Below, piece after piece: positions 62,956-64,000 of a DNA stretch of 64,000 nucleotides (the stretch's first letter is position 1; the number at the start of each line of letters is the position of its first letter). The position numbers and the translations under genes were made by a program. Source of the stretch: Pavona decussata (taxonomy: Eukaryota). The stretch is taken from the NCBI GenBank assembly GCA_977016875.1, contig CDRNST010000027.1, positions 1,984,001-2,048,000 of the forward strand, in the 5' to 3' direction. Under the pieces are notes generated by a model, which had not been told where the DNA came from, ran no database searches, and saw only the letters and a list, made by a program, of their open reading frames with translations.

Positions 62956-63870
62956 CCAGTTGCCAATGAACTTTTCATATCTTGGAGTAACTTTAAGGAT
63001 ATTTATATCTGGAAAGCCTTGTAAACGCATTCGGTAAACGCTTTATTCCGCCGTCAAATTCTTTACAGTCAGGGCCAATTAGGATAAGCGGCCTTTAAAC
63101 TATAAAGAGTGTTTTAACAAAGATTTGTAAAGATTCAACAGGGGGATATTAGCATATGACGCTTCACGCTTAAGATATTTTACTGTACACTGAGATCCAA
63201 AAAAAATATATCTGAGTGAAAAAACCGCGTTGAATAAAGAAAATTTGTTGTATATGCTAACGTGCATGCACTACTTTTGGATAACTTAAACAGTAAACCA
63301 GTAAACCAGTAAATAAATTTTTCATATACTTTGTTAATTGTTAGCAAACAACAATCAACGTTCATTTCGGCCAGGAACGAGCTTTGTGGGAAAATTAAGA
63401 CAATCAGCTCAAACCAGTTGCCAATGAACTTTTCATATCTTGGAGTCGCTTTCAGAGGGATATTTATATCTGGAAAGCCTTGTAATCGCATTCGGTAAAC
63501 GCTTTATTCCGCCGTCAAATTCTTTATACAGTCGGGGACAATTAGGGTAAGCGGCTTTTTAATTATAAAGAGTGTTTTAACAAAGATTTGTAAAGATTCA
63601 ACAGGGGAATATTAGCATACGACGTTTCCCGCTTAAAATATTTTACTGTAAAAAGATACAACAAATTATACATCTGAGTGACAAAACCGCGTGGAATAAA
63701 GAAAATTGTTGTATGCTGATATACATGCACTACTTCAAGAATATAGTATTTACCTTTGGATAACTTAAACATTTTTGGTATCACGCTTTGTTAATTGTTT
63801 GCAAACAACAATCAACGTTCATTTCGGCCAGGAACGAGCTTTGTGTGAAAAGTAAGGCGATCGGTTCAAA
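62956..63870. repeat. Diverged tandem duplication, 2 x ~458 bp
   Basis: CCAGTTGCCAATGAACTTTTCATATCTTGGAG at 62956 and 63414, collinear through ...CATTTCGGCCAGGAACGAGCTTTGTG. Confidence 0.9.
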
Positions 63871-64000
63871 CGGATTGAAATCAACGTGAATCAATGAATC
63901 CGTCTTCTGAAATACATTAAAATCTGCCATGTTTCATTTGGATTCTCTGATTTTATATTTTGATGTTGTCTTTACAGACTTTGCGTATAATATCAGCTGA

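Noticed and set aside
56000-64000. Short ORFs in the last 8 kb
   Set aside because: No recognisable motifs or consistent exon chains; the region is mostly repeats. Small exons could have been missed.

Overview
AT-rich, intron-containing animal genomic DNA with four assembly gaps; the repeat and gene content suggests a stony coral or related cnidarian (inference). From left to right: (1) the last two coding exons of HIKESHI (+). (2) A head-to-tail triplication (~3.6-29.7 kb), each unit holding a 5-exon secreted pentraxin+PAN/apple gene (-). Copy 2 has a nonsense codon, and each copy has its own transposon insertions, including a TGT...ACA element with 6-bp TSDs that inserted into a copy of itself and carries a Penelope-like RT fragment. 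(3) MRI1 (-), whose 5.8-kb first intron holds an apparently intact 3.0-kb IS630/Tc1-like DD34E transposon with two convergent spliced genes (transposase and a SHOCT-like accessory protein) plus a USPL1-N-terminus-like ORF. (4) A PAN+pentraxin gene (+) with the opposite domain order and a Harbinger-type MITE inside coding exon 1. (5) A single-coding-exon LicD-family nucleotidyltransferase without a membrane anchor (-). (6) Many MITEs, SINE/LINE remnants, hairpins and tandem duplications. Exon boundaries were worked out by hand from GT-AG sites and phase continuity. Family assignments rest on remembered motifs; no database searches were run.
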